A stretch of DNA of 36,781 nucleotides from Bugula neritina (GCA_964035545.1 CAXIUT010000309.1:1-36781), one strand, 5' to 3'; numbered from the stretch's first letter, positions 1-12,150 are shown. Program-made: numbers and translations. Notes: generated from the letters alone by a model not told the origin.

Positions 1-87
1 CCCAACCCCAACCCCAACCCCAACCCCAACCCCAACCCCAACCCCAACCCCAACCCCAACCCCAACCCCAACCCCAACCCCAACCCC
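1..87 (+). repeat. Left telomere, (CCCCAA)n
   Basis: Perfect C4A2 hexamer array from the first base, ending at CCCC|TATCT; Tetrahymena-type ciliate telomeric repeat. Confidence 0.99.
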
Positions 88-144
88 TATCTCTCAGATT
101 GTTATCAATAAATTTTATGCTGATTATTTGAATTATAGTATTAA

Positions 145-3100
145 ATGCAGGAGTTCGAACTTCAATAAGAAGACCTCCTAGCCTCATTCCGTCCCTTTGA
201 CATTACAAGCAACGCCCAATCTCCGACCTTTGACGCCCGACCTTCTCCTCCGGTCTCTCAAAGCAACTCAGAATCAATCAATCACCCTCCGGTCACTATC
301 CCCCAACAACAACTCAACCCACAACCAATCCAACATCAACCTCCTTTAGTTGTATAACATCAAGAAAATCACCAAAGACGACTCAGTCCACCAGTCCATT
401 TCAACTACAAAGGAACACAAGCAGTACAATATCAACATCAAAATAATGTACAAAATGTCGGAATGCCAATCAGACAACAAGTGCAATAAATCAGATAGAT
501 ACCTATAGCTGGCCATCAAGGAAATCATGTGGTTCATCAAAACGTACATCATCAAGTCATCCAAAATAGATAATCATAAAAAGTACAACCACAAGGAGTG
601 CAAGGCAGACATTTTGAACAAGTTAATCTCCATCAACAACATCACATTCCACCTCCAAATAACAATATAGTTGAACAACATAATCAACATCAAGTATATC
701 AAAAAACTCATATTCAAGCTGGAAATAGTCAATATCAACAACATCGACCTCAACCCATTAACACTTTTGTTGGAAATCAAACTGTACAAGTTCAAAAAGG
801 TCAACATTTACAAAATGGACAACCCATGCAACCTTATCAAACACAACCCATCCCACAACAAGTTCAATATAATGGACAAAGTAATCAAGGACAAAATGTT
901 CAACAAGTCAGAAATATCCAACAGCAAGTACCACAGGTACAAGTACAACAAGTGCAGCAAAAAGTATAACAAAGACAGCAAGTGCAACAAGTACAAAAAA
1001 TAAATCAACCTCAAGTACCTCAAAATCAACAAGTTCAACAAGTACAACAAGTTCAACAAGCTCAGCAAGTTCAGCAAGTTCAGCAAGTTCAACAAATACA
1101 TCCAACCATGCAATATTCAAATCATAATACCCAACTACAAGGGCAGCAATATTAACAATAACAACCTCCACAAATACTTCATTCAAACAGTTCCAATCCC
1201 AGATAGCAAGAAGGATATGCTAAATCACATTAATAGTATCCACATTCGAGATAATAATAGCCTCAATCTCAATAATAATACCAAGAAATCGATATCAATC
1301 AACTACCACCAGAGTAAAGACATAGAATATGGCTACAACAACAACAAAATCAATTAAATTAACAACAAAATCAATAAAATCAACAGCAATATGCCCAGTA
1401 TCCACAACAACAAGGCTATCCACCACAGCAACAAGAAGGCTACCCATAAGGCTACCCATAAGGTTATCCATAAGGTTATCCATAAGGTTATCCATAAGGT
1501 TATCCATAAGGCTACCAAGAAGGATATCCAGAAGGCTATCCTTAAGGATACCAGCAACAAGGAGAAGGGTACCAATATCCTCCTCAATATGGATAATATT
1601 CTCCATAATACTTTTAGGCATTGCAAGGTGAAGCAACTCTCTGGAAATAAAGATTTTTTTACTTATACTAAAAATACTAAAACTTTTACTAAAAATACTA
1701 AGGTCTTAACAAAGAAGGAGCCTTTCTAGCAGATGAATTTCTAGCAGTTGATAGTTAGCAAGAATGGCTAGCATTAAAATAGAAATACGATTCATTAGTT
1801 GAGCGTATGAGTGAAGTAAAATAGTAGAATTTATTGATACTACAATAGATTCAAGAAAATGTCCAACAAAATCAGAAGGTATAAAACAATGCATCAATAA
1901 ATGAGTAAGCTTCTAGGGTATGGTAACATCGTTATCATTAACTTTTATAACAATATGAATCGTTGTCACATCATTATGCATAGTTACAAAGTAGTTCAGT
2001 AGCCCATGGATAGATGGACTAAAATGAAAGAATAGCAATGATGAATTAAAAATATAGTCAACTTTAAAATTAGTTTAATCATGTTGTATAAGAACTACAA
2101 AATGCACAAAATAATAACCAAATCAGATAATAACACTAAGATATGCTCAAATATACTCAACAACTACAAGGATATATTGAACAACTATAAGCATAAAACA
2201 ACAATCTCATGAAAGGAATGAAATCTAGTGTAGATGGATCCAAAATGCTCGGATAATCATAAATAGCCATGAAAATACAATAAAAATAAAACTAAATCAA
2301 AAATCTATCTCACATGGTTGTCACCCTAGAACAATAACTCAAAAACAACCGACCATCAAGTGGACTAAACAACGACGTCCGTTCAAGTCAACTTGAAAAC
2401 CAAATAAGATAAATGAATAGCTATATCGGATAATTATAACAAAAATTATCAATGAAAGATTATGAAATAAACGGTATGAAAGATAAATTAGGCTATCTAT
2501 AATAATAACTCCATCATAAAAATTAATAAGTATATAGCCATTCAAGAATGCTACAGTAAAAATTAACAAAAATATAAAATGATATCAATAATAAACCAAT
2601 TGTACAATAACAACTACAAACTCACTCATTTATGAATTCTTTTAATTTCTAACAATAGTATTAAAATAGAATCAGGTAGTATCAAAGAAATATCCAAAGC
2701 AAAAATAACTAAATTAGAATTCTATAAGAAAGAATCACTTAAAGCTAAAATTAAACCAGAAAAATATCATTAGAAAAAAGTTCACTCATCAAAAATTAAC
2801 AATAAAAAAGAGATTAACTCGAATAACTAAATAGAAAAAAAATTATAGATAAAGACAATAAAATCAGATAACTCTAATATTACATCAAATAAAAAGATAT
2901 ATAAATACAAAAAAAAACACAAGATAAAGACACCATTGTCCGCACTTTATAAACATAAATAAGAAACCTAAAAGAATAATACGATACTCGCTTAATATAG
3001 AAATAATCAATAATAAAAGGTCTAAGATAAGGAACACAAAGAATGAACACATAACTCAGAGATAAAATGGTATAGATAAGTAGAATCAAGTCACCCATGA

Positions 3101-5753
3101 TGTCCCCACAAATGAGAAGTCTCAACCAATCTTTCGTAGTATAAAATTATAGACATTAATAAGAACTAAGAATACTTAATGAACAACTAGAAAGAAGAGG
3201 AGAGGAGATCTCAAAATTAAAAAAATAAAGATAATCCAGAAACAAACAATACAAAGATCTCTAGATGGAATACGATCAACTTCAAGACGAAAACAACAAA
3301 AGAAGATTATAAACCAATAACCTCAAAAGACAATCAGTAGCCATCTAGAACATGCAGCTGTAAATAGATAATTTAAGAACAACTATCAGCAAAAAGAATC
3401 AATAGATATCTATCCTTAAGAACACCTTATTTGAGTTAGATCGCTTGAAGATGGATTTGGATTCATCTAAGAGATAGATCTAAAAGCAGCAGTAGATATC
3501 AAGGATAAAGAGTAGGGATATTGAGCAACTAAATGAAAGAAATTATTAACTATAATAAAAGATCAGACAGAAAGATTTCAAAATGATGCATAAAACATAA
3601 AATTATTCACAAAAAAATGTAACAGATGATATCCTGATAATCCAATAAGATTTAAGAAAAAAATAAATCTAAATACACAAATTGAAATCATAGAATGAAT
3701 AGCTAAATAGAAATTATAAAAGATAAACATAAGAACTATAGACATTCAAAATAAAATATCCTCCTAAAATAAAAATATTATAAGAAGAACTCACAGATGT
3801 CAAACTTAAACATTCTATGCTAGAAAAGAAGTATAACGTGGTCTAGAATAGAGCTAAAGATATGGAAGATATCATCAAAAGAAATAAAAATAGTGCATTA
3901 GAATAACTAAATCAATAGACTAGTAGAATATCAGAGCATTACAATAGATTAGTATAAAAATTATAAGAAGATAATAGAAATCTTAAATAAAAAATAAGAA
4001 TATACTAAATAAAAATAAATGATCTAGAAGTATAAAATGACAACTTGATGGGCAAAAACAAATAAATGGAAATGTTCAAAGACTAAAATCATAAAAAAAT
4101 AATGATCCTAAATGAAAAACTATAAGACAAAGATTTTCAGCTAAAGAAAACAAGATAGAAATAATCAAACTAAGTTTTAAAATTCCGGCGCAAATAAGGA
4201 AAAACAATCTAGCTCTAAGCTTCAATAAAATCAAGAGACGAACATGTGAATTCAATATAAAAGCAAAATGAGAAATACCGATCATAGCTAAAATCAATAA
4301 AAAAATAATACTAAGATTACAAACAACACGTATTATAACAAATGTAATAATCAACTCATAAATAAATGCAAAATCTCAATAAACAACTCAACGATTACTA
4401 AAATAAATTTGTCCTAAACAATCACAACTTTGATTTCAAAGTCAGAAATAAATAAGCCAATCATATTTTTGAAAGAACTGTTATCTATCAACTCAAATAG
4501 TAAAATTAGTTTTTGAGAAAGTAACTTGAAGGAAGAGGGTCCAGCATTTCTTTATAAAAATATAAAATTACACAAATGCAACAGTAAGCTCTACTGAAAA
4601 GCAAACAAATACATAAAAATTAAAATCCTAACAACCTAGAATAAATATAATTCTATCGATTAAAAAATAAATAACTAGAAGATAGAGTCAACAACCACAT
4701 CTCAGTCAATAAAAATCTGAAATAAAGAATATAACAACTCACACACTCCAACCATCAAATATAAGAACTAGAAATGCATAAAAATAAAATATTATAACTA
4801 GAAAAAGCATACACCAATCTTGATATCAAGTACAGTGATCTTGATATCAAATACAGTGATCTTGATATCAAATACAGTGATCTTGATATTAGATACAGTG
4901 ATCTTGATATTAGATACAATCATCTACAACAATAAAATAATCATCTAAAAGATTAGTTAACTAATACTGGTGATGTTTATCAATATTAGGCTAAAATTCA
5001 ATAATTGCATAGAAATATTTAACAGTTGATATTTTAAAGAAATTCTTTAAATTAATAATGTAGAAATAGTCAGTTTTAAAATAAAAATTGGAACAAAAAT
5101 ATCATTAAATGGAAAATATTTTAGTCAAAAATTAAAATAAAATAGCTGTGCTTCAATCAGAAATTAATAGACTAAAATAAAATACAACTTCTCAGTATTA
5201 TACTTATTATATTTAGAAAAACAAGTAGTTAAGAAGTAACTCTTAGAAATAGAATTTAAGAACTACAAAATCAACTATATCATAAAGATAATATTATTGC
5301 TCAGTAAAGTAATAAAGCTAGACATTTCTAGTCGCAATGCAGTCAGCTATCAGATTATAAATAGTTGAAACAATAATACTAAAAATTACAATTCTAGTTC
5401 AATAATACGTAATAGTTATATAAATTAGATCTAAAACATAAAGCAATAAATGGATATCAGCAGTTCAATAGCTGTAATCTTCAGTTCAAATTATGAACAA
5501 TAAAATAAATCAACTTTAAAACTAAGCCTAATTCTACAAAAATCAAGCTCAAAAATCAGGAGGAAAAGGTATTCCAGAAGATGTATTCTACTTTTTAGAA
5601 CTCTTCAGAAGCAACTACCTCGAACTCTAATCATTATCAACGTAAATGATAGTATAAAATTAACAAACAGCTTCCATCAGTGAACGAATGATCTAAAACT
5701 GCAGAAGAGGACTATAGTCTCTTCAGTACATGAATGAGCTCTTTTCATCTTGA
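145..5753 (+). CDS. Very large (~1850 aa) protein with Gln/Pro-rich low-complexity N-terminus and long coiled coil
   Basis: With TAR=Glu, ATG145 opens a frame with no TGA for ~5.3 kb. Predicted introns at 5195-5216 (22 nt) and 5409-5428 (20 nt); TGA at 5751-5753. Apparent -1 frame discontinuity near 5075-5088. Confidence 0.85.
1027..1095 (+). repeat. Coding 9-nt tandem repeat encoding (QQV)n
   Basis: caacaagtt/cagcaagtt units in frame within gene 145..5753. Confidence 0.85.
1438..1545 (+). repeat. Coding 12-nt tandem repeat encoding (GYPE)n
   Basis: ggctacccataa x2, ggttatccataa x4, then ggctaccaagaa, ggatatccagaa, ggctatccttaa. Confidence 0.92.
4819..4923 (+). repeat. Coding 21-nt tandem repeat encoding a heptad (LDI[K/R]YSD) x5
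   Basis: cttgatatcaa[a/g]tacagtgat x3, then cttgatattagatacagtgat and one degenerate copy. Confidence 0.92.
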
Positions 5754-5825
5754 TTTCCAATACATAATAGTCATTTTATAGCAAAATTAATAGTATGATG
5801 AAAGTTTATTTAACATATATTTAAA

Positions 5826-6229
5826 ATGTCTTCCATAAAAAACTTCCACATCACTTCTTCTCCCCTCCAAGACCAAGACCTCAAACTCGAAGATATCGAA
5901 ACCTCAAAAGAAATCCCTCCCTCCAACACCCAACTCATCCAACAAGCCATCCAACAAAGCCAACAACTACTAGGAACATCTTTCTAGTGCTTCCAGCAAC
6001 AGCTCAATCACATCAAGTACTACCCTATCTATCCAGTTACCAAAACAATTTCATAAAGAACAAGCTACAAGTTCAATTGGAATGGCAACAAAATGATGAT
6101 ACAAGGAATGTTTCTATCTCTAGAAAATTCAAACCTATCCTGATACCACCCACTAATGTCAAAAATGCACCTTCTATTGATATTTTTATTAGTCTTAACA
6201 CTATTCATCTTACTCATTCTAGTCTATGA
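5826..6229 (+). CDS. Hypothetical protein (~127 aa)
   Basis: ATG5826 MSSIKNFHITSSPLQDQD...; 20-nt intron 6017-6036 joins the frame ending at TGA 6227-6229. The 3' end is uncertain and could extend to ~6302 with another intron. Confidence 0.55.
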
Positions 6230-6306
6230 TTAGGTTCAATACAAAAATGCAAAAAAGATAACAGTTAAACTGATTTCGAAGAATTCTAAATTACATATAT
6301 GATATA

Positions 6307-6880
6307 TCAGGCAATATACAAAATCTTCATAGGATTGGCAACTAACAACTTGAAATACTCCTCACCCAACTTATTCTATATAGCTGTCGCCTCTATTCCC
6401 ACTAATGATATATTTTTTGAACTGATAGAACACCCCTTCTTGACATTGACCTCAATCATTCTACAAGGAAGGGCACCAATATCCACCAACTTCTTCTCGC
6501 TTTTCAAAGTTTTACCTTTGCAAATATAAGAATCCTTATAAACTTCAGTCAGTACTCCACTTAATAAACTTCAATTTACTTTTAGTGATCAGATATCGAG
6601 ATAGTCATCTATGAACCATGTGTGTAATTATCGATAACAATATATTTGATGTTGACTAGATCTTCAAGATGGATTCTGAATTGCTGGGATCGGAAGGGAG
6701 CCATTTTAGTTCCCATGTTTTTATGGGTATAATGACAAAAAGGTTCTTTGTTTATATATTGATACCATCTTTATCGTTTTGAGGTTGAATGTAGAATGGG
6801 ATGGGATGAAGTAGAGCCTTGAGGTTTGAATTTTACCAGTTGAAGGTTGAAGAAAAAGAAAAATTGCTGCTGCTGTTCAT
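6307..6880 (-). CDS. Hypothetical protein (~177 aa)
   Basis: MNSSSNFSFSSTFNWENSNLKALLHPIPFYIQP...; two 20-nt introns (gtatcaatatataaacaaag, gtaaattgaagtttattaag) restore a continuous frame to TGA at 6307. Confidence 0.7.
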
Positions 6881-7041
6881 AGTTTAAATAAAGAATATAT
6901 TCAGACAGGTCGTTAATACTCATATTAATAAATTTAATTCATCAATAAATAAATATAATCGATAATATTTAATATGTTTTGACCTAATTGATTCTTGATT
7001 TGAACATATTTTTATAATTTGGTATTGATTTGAATATTTAA

Positions 7042-9174
7042 ATGGAGGCGTAAACAGATTAAAACGAATTCCTAGTTGAACTTTAAAAACTAATGACTTC
7101 AGAAGTCGCAAGCACTCTCTGGGCTGATAACATGGATCTACTTGTACTCACCACCTTTGATAACCTCATACAGCTCTATCGAATCAGCTACAAACATACT
7201 AAAGTTTTCCAAGCAGAGTAAAACCAATCCATCAAAGGAATCGCCTTCAGTCCTGATTGTACCTTATCTCTTACTTAGCTCAATTACTAGCCTATGGTCT
7301 GAATGATGGGTCGATCAGATTAGTAAAAACATAAAACGGATAGCAAATTTTATCTCTAGATGGAGCACATAAAGGTGAAGTATAAACACTAACATTCGTT
7401 CCTTACTGCTCCTTAGATTCTACTTTATTTATGCCATTCCAAAAAAATTCTCTTTAATCAAAACTTCTACTTAATATCGGTCCTCATAAAAATTGCAATA
7501 GGTATCTCTCTTCTCATAAAGAAACGCAATAGTCAAAATCAACTACTTCACATAACTCAAAAAGTAATTTACTCTTTTGTTTTCTTCTTAAAAATAAAAA
7601 ACTCTATTTCTCCTTAATGGCTTTCTTCTTCTTGGATAAATCAACTACAAAGAACTTGGATTTTCATCACCAAAAGTCTTCTACTCCTTTTACGATGGAA
7701 AACTTAAAGTAATAATTGGATAACAAAAATCAACAAAAACATAATTATGGCTTCTGCAATCAGATGCTAAAGTAATCGATTAATGGAAAGAACCACTCAT
7801 CAAATCAAGTTGTCTACTTGGATACATCTCAGAAGTGCTTTCCTTTGTTGATGTTGCATATGATAGTGCAGAAAGAATTATCAGAGATTGTCTTAGGCAG
7901 TATAATTCTAAAATAAACCTTATTGATGATCCAAGTAAATAGTTATACATATAGATATTGAAAATATTAGTCCATGCTAAGAACTCTTTAGATTTCTTAA
8001 TTGTGGTACCACTTCTAATGCTATTGTCAATTTTTTCACTAAAGAAGTCTTTGACACTAAAATTTTATAAAAATTAGATTAAACTCTCAATGGACTCTTT
8101 GCACAACTTCATGATCTTTTGCTATAAAGCATACAAAACAGTCTTGAAAGAGCATCTCTACTCCTAACACGGCTAAAAGACCTAGCTCAAGGAAATCAAG
8201 GTCAAAAGTTAGGTCTCAGCTAATAGATACTTAAAAATGCAGAAGATAAACTAATAAAACTCTATACTATGGGTGAAGTACTTCTAGTGGAAAGTACATA
8301 AGCAAAATTTGATATCCGTAACTTATTAGTTTGGTTGAATAAGGCTACAATAAAATCGTCAGGTTAAAACTAAACCTAGATTTAAAACAGCAAAAGCTAT
8401 CTCAACAAATATACTGTAGATTTTGCAAGACTCCACTCTTTTATATCTTAATAATCAAAATTTAAACTTCAAAACCTTTTAACTTTTTTCTCAAAAGACA
8501 AAGAAACCCATACAATTCACATTCCTAAACCTGATTTTAAGATATTCAAGTCAAATAAAGATAAAATATACACAAAAGAATAACAATAAAATTTAAATAA
8601 ATATGAAATTATGTTCGAAGTCGATGACATTGTCATCCCAAAAAACGAACCTATGCAAATATAGTAAACCTACAAAAACTTTAAATTATAAATGACTTAA
8701 CTCAAACATTTATGGAAATAACTTTCAAAATAACCAGTTAAGAAGGTAAGTAAAGAACTTCTTTTAGATTGGAAAAAATCATTCATGGGAACAGTCTAAT
8801 AAACATAACTCTTCCCTTTATAAATAAAAAATTTAGTAAAAGATAATCAGCTGTTTACCTACTTCGTTGAAAGATAATAATAAAGAGACAGATTAGTATA
8901 ATACAACTGCCACACAGAACAACGTTCTTCAGTGACATCAACCCAAAGCCATATTCTTTCAATAGCCACCTCCTAACACATTTTAGCCGTATTATAGAAC
9001 AAATACACAAACAAAAAGATAATCGCACAAGTAGCAAATGAAACATTCGACGATCAATAGATAATAATAGGCAAAAGAATATCAAAAGTTGATGGAGAAC
9101 TCGATATAAACTGTTCAATGAAGGGCCTTAATTCTCTAGTTATTGACAAAAACAAACTTATTATATTCGAATGA
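7042..9174 (+). CDS. ANAPC4: Anaphase-promoting complex subunit 4
   Basis: N-terminal WADNMDLLVLTTFDNLIQLYRI...IAFSPDSQLLAYGLNDGSIRLVKTENG (APC4 WD40 signature) and ELFRFLNCGTTSNAIVNFF...LER (APC4 long domain); 20-nt introns 7259-7278, 7502-7521, 7935-7954. Confidence 0.85.
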
Positions 9175-9195
9175 TTATCTGATATATATCCATCT

Positions 9196-10929
9196 ATGAA
9201 TCATAAACCAAGTATCATCTTCTCAACTCTTCTCGCACTTCTATTCATCATAACTCAAACTAAAACTGTACAAGTTCCCATCATCAGCAGCCAAGATACA
9301 ATCAACCTCAGATTAAACCAACTGCATTCAGCTGATAATGTCTTCGATATATTTGGCAAACTCAAACAAATATATCGAAAATAAGTCTATTAAATTGTCA
9401 ATGGAAAACCTTAACCATTTCCTGTATGCTATGAAGAAGCTCCTTAAGCTAAATTTTTAGTTTTAAGTCAACTATTGATCGCAGGAAAAAAATCATCATC
9501 GAGGCGGTCTCATCTATAACTTCGAAGATATGTACTTTTGACCTTATTAAGCAAATACGCCAGAAATTTAATTGATTTAGTCATGTACAAAGATAAAATA
9601 TACTACATAAAGGAAGATGGAAAAATCAAAATAGCCTCCATATCTTCAGATAAAAAAACTATCAAACAGCTTGGATCAGTCAATACTGAATAAAAAAAAA
9701 TAGCCAAAGGAAACTTTGTCATACTACCCTAGGCATAATTCAATAATACCAAAGGATATGGACTATTTCTATCAGTCAATCAAGCCATAATCTTCAACTT
9801 GCAAGGCACACATTTCAAAGAACTCACCAACCTAAACTTAATGCTTGGACTTTAGAGAGCTATTCTCGTTAAAGATAAATACGTAGCTGCTGCATTCAGA
9901 TAGCAAGGCCTCAAAATCTTTTCAATAGACTATGACAACAACCAACTAAAAGAATAAGCCACTATTAGCAAATAAACTCTATCTCTGAAAAAAATAGATA
10001 TAAAAGATTTGACTTATGATTCCAAAAGAAAGATCATATTTGCAGTAGATTATCATTCAGGAGTAATTCCTCTTCAAGTCAACTTCAACTCATAAAAAGT
10101 ATCAATTACAACTATTCCATCAGTAATTAAAAATAGTCAATGTAATCTTATCTACTATGACAATTACAATGATTAACTCTACATCAACTGTCAAGAACTA
10201 CATCGATATTATCTTGAAAAATGGCCACAGTTTACATAAAAAGTGCTTCCAAAACAAGATATCTCCATCAAATAAATTACTTCAGTTCCAGGTTTATTAA
10301 TACTAGCAGGAAGAAACATCTTTGAAATTATCTCTTCAGAAAGAAAAGTGGCAGTTTATTAAGATAAACTATTAGATAAATTTATTCTAAGAAATAATCT
10401 CTTCATTAGCGCCAACTAAAATTATCTACTTGTAGGAGACTACTCCATCTCTGCTCCAATGATCTCCTGTTAAGCTCTTAACGAGTCTCAAGTCGGAAAA
10501 CATAACGTTCTCTTCAAAGTTACCGCAGAATGCAACAGTGACTACCTTAAATCTGTCAACTACAACGAACCAGTTGATCATTAAGATAAATGTGTCTATT
10601 AAGTATATCATACAGTCAAAGTTTGGAAGCCAATTTCTCTCAACATCAAAGTATTCTTTATTCTAGGAGCTCTGGTAGGTATTTTAGGGTTCGCTATCCT
10701 GATATGGTGGGGATGTTCATATCTCAGTCTCAGAAAATTACAAAATTATCTTCATCACTACAGAACACTTGAAGAGGATCCAAATGTTCCCAACAATGAC
10801 AATTCGAATGAACGTCCTCCTCAGGCATTAGTCGAAATGAGTCCCGGAGTTCAAAATGTGAAAAAAGATGACCGACATGAGTTAAATGAAGAGTTCGGGA
10901 TTCCTTCAAATCTTCATGATATATAGTGA
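9196..10929 (+). CDS. Type I membrane protein with signal peptide, probable beta-propeller ectodomain and single C-terminal TM helix
   Basis: Hydrophobic N-terminus IIFSTLLALLFII; beta-strand-rich repeats (YVAAAFREQGLKIFSI, IIFAVDYHSGVIPLQV); TM VFFILGALVGILGFAILIWWG; TGA 10927-10929. Exon structure at 9460-9551 is ambiguous. Confidence 0.75.
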
Positions 10930-11329
10930 TTCATCTTAATCGAATACTATTAAAGATTATTTATGGTTAAGTTCTTTTGAAACTTAAGAAATAAAGGGGT
11001 TATTTTAAATATATTTCTTTCGTAAAAACATAAAGAAAATTATCAAAGGATAATATTCAGCCAAAATTATTTATAAATTGGTTATTTTATGATAGTTAAG
11101 TTAAATTAAGGATATTTGTATTACATTTTATCGAATAATGATATTACAATTTTTATCTAATTTTGTAATTAAATCAATTCAAATAAATAAAAGGAAAAAT
11201 CAATATCAAATGAATATTATTGATGTAAATAGAATAAAACTTTCTATATTTTAAATTTGGCTGATTATTAATGATAAGTCAGTTATAGAACATTATAATT
11301 ATTTAAATCATCTTAGAAAATATAAGAAT

Positions 11330-11849
11330 ATGTAAAACTATTCTTAAGCCTCTTAGTCCCAACATAAAACATACAATACCTACACTAGAGATGTAATTTA
11401 ATACTTATTCAGATGAGAATAAAACTTATTCAATTAGTATTAGAAAAAAACCTTTCAACTGCTAAAGCAGGAAGAATTGTCGGAATCAAACAGACCACAG
11501 CCTGTAGAATCGTCAACAACTACATAAAAAAAACAGGGTCTTCTAAAAAAAAACTGACAAAAAAAAGAGATAAACATAAGAACTTCGATAAAAAATCGCT
11601 CAGAATAAACTTAGCTCAAATCAAAAGAAAGAATCTTAAGGGAATAATGAATAATCTAGATCAAAATAAATCAAAAAAGATGAATAGGGCTATAATTTAT
11701 ATCCCTACCCGGCCAATCAGATTCCCTATGGGTATACTTCCCCGATGAATAACACATTCCATTATCCATTTATGTTTGACATGAATGAAATATGGAGGCA
11801 AAATATCATAGAACAGAGTTGGAGATCTATGTTTCCATTCAATGTGTGA
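11330..11849 (+). CDS. Small helix-turn-helix (homeodomain-like) protein
   Basis: KTYNTYTRD|MRIKLIQLVLEKNLSTAKAGRIVGIKQTTACRIVNNY (HTH); 20-nt intron 11393-11412. The preferred C-terminus (RVFEKK...FPFNV*) needs a -1 shift at A8 11526-11533; otherwise the frame ends at 11748. Confidence 0.7.
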
Positions 11850-12150
11850 TTATTTGATTAACTTTATTCGAAAATATTTGCTTATGGATATTTTTAAACC
11901 CTCTCAATTGCCTTCAAATAAAAAATGGTTCAGGTCACTGGAATAGTTATTGAACATAATAAAATATTATTTGATAAATTAAGTAAAAATTGTGCTTCTT
12001 CTTTATTTATTTTTTTAGTTTCATATATCAAAAGTTCACCTATATAAAAAATTGGCTGAAAGAATTATTATTTGTTTCTCAAAGAAATAATAGTTAAGAG
12101 GTAATTAATTAAAATGAATATAAAAATATCAAAAAACGCTATTGAACTTA

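Noticed and set aside
1438-1545. Direct repeats resembling a CRISPR array or minisatellite element (also 4819-4923)
   Set aside because: No spacers; unit lengths are multiples of 3 and in frame within a CDS; eukaryotic context
346-4354. Many short hydrophobic or repetitive ORFs in the supplied track (e.g. 346..564, 808..1113, 1295..1636, 1329..1631, 1354..1626)
   Set aside because: They are antisense or off-frame shadows of the Q-rich/coiled-coil gene, caused by treating TAA/TAG as stops
11330-11849. HTH protein as a Tc1/mariner transposase remnant
   Set aside because: No DDE domain, terminal inverted repeats or target-site duplication seen; it has a normal 20-nt intron
10930-12150. Possible suppressor tRNA or other ncRNA in the longer intergenic gaps
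   Set aside because: No cloverleaf, T-loop GTTCRA in a tRNA context, or box motifs recognisable by eye; a covariance-model scan is needed to exclude fully
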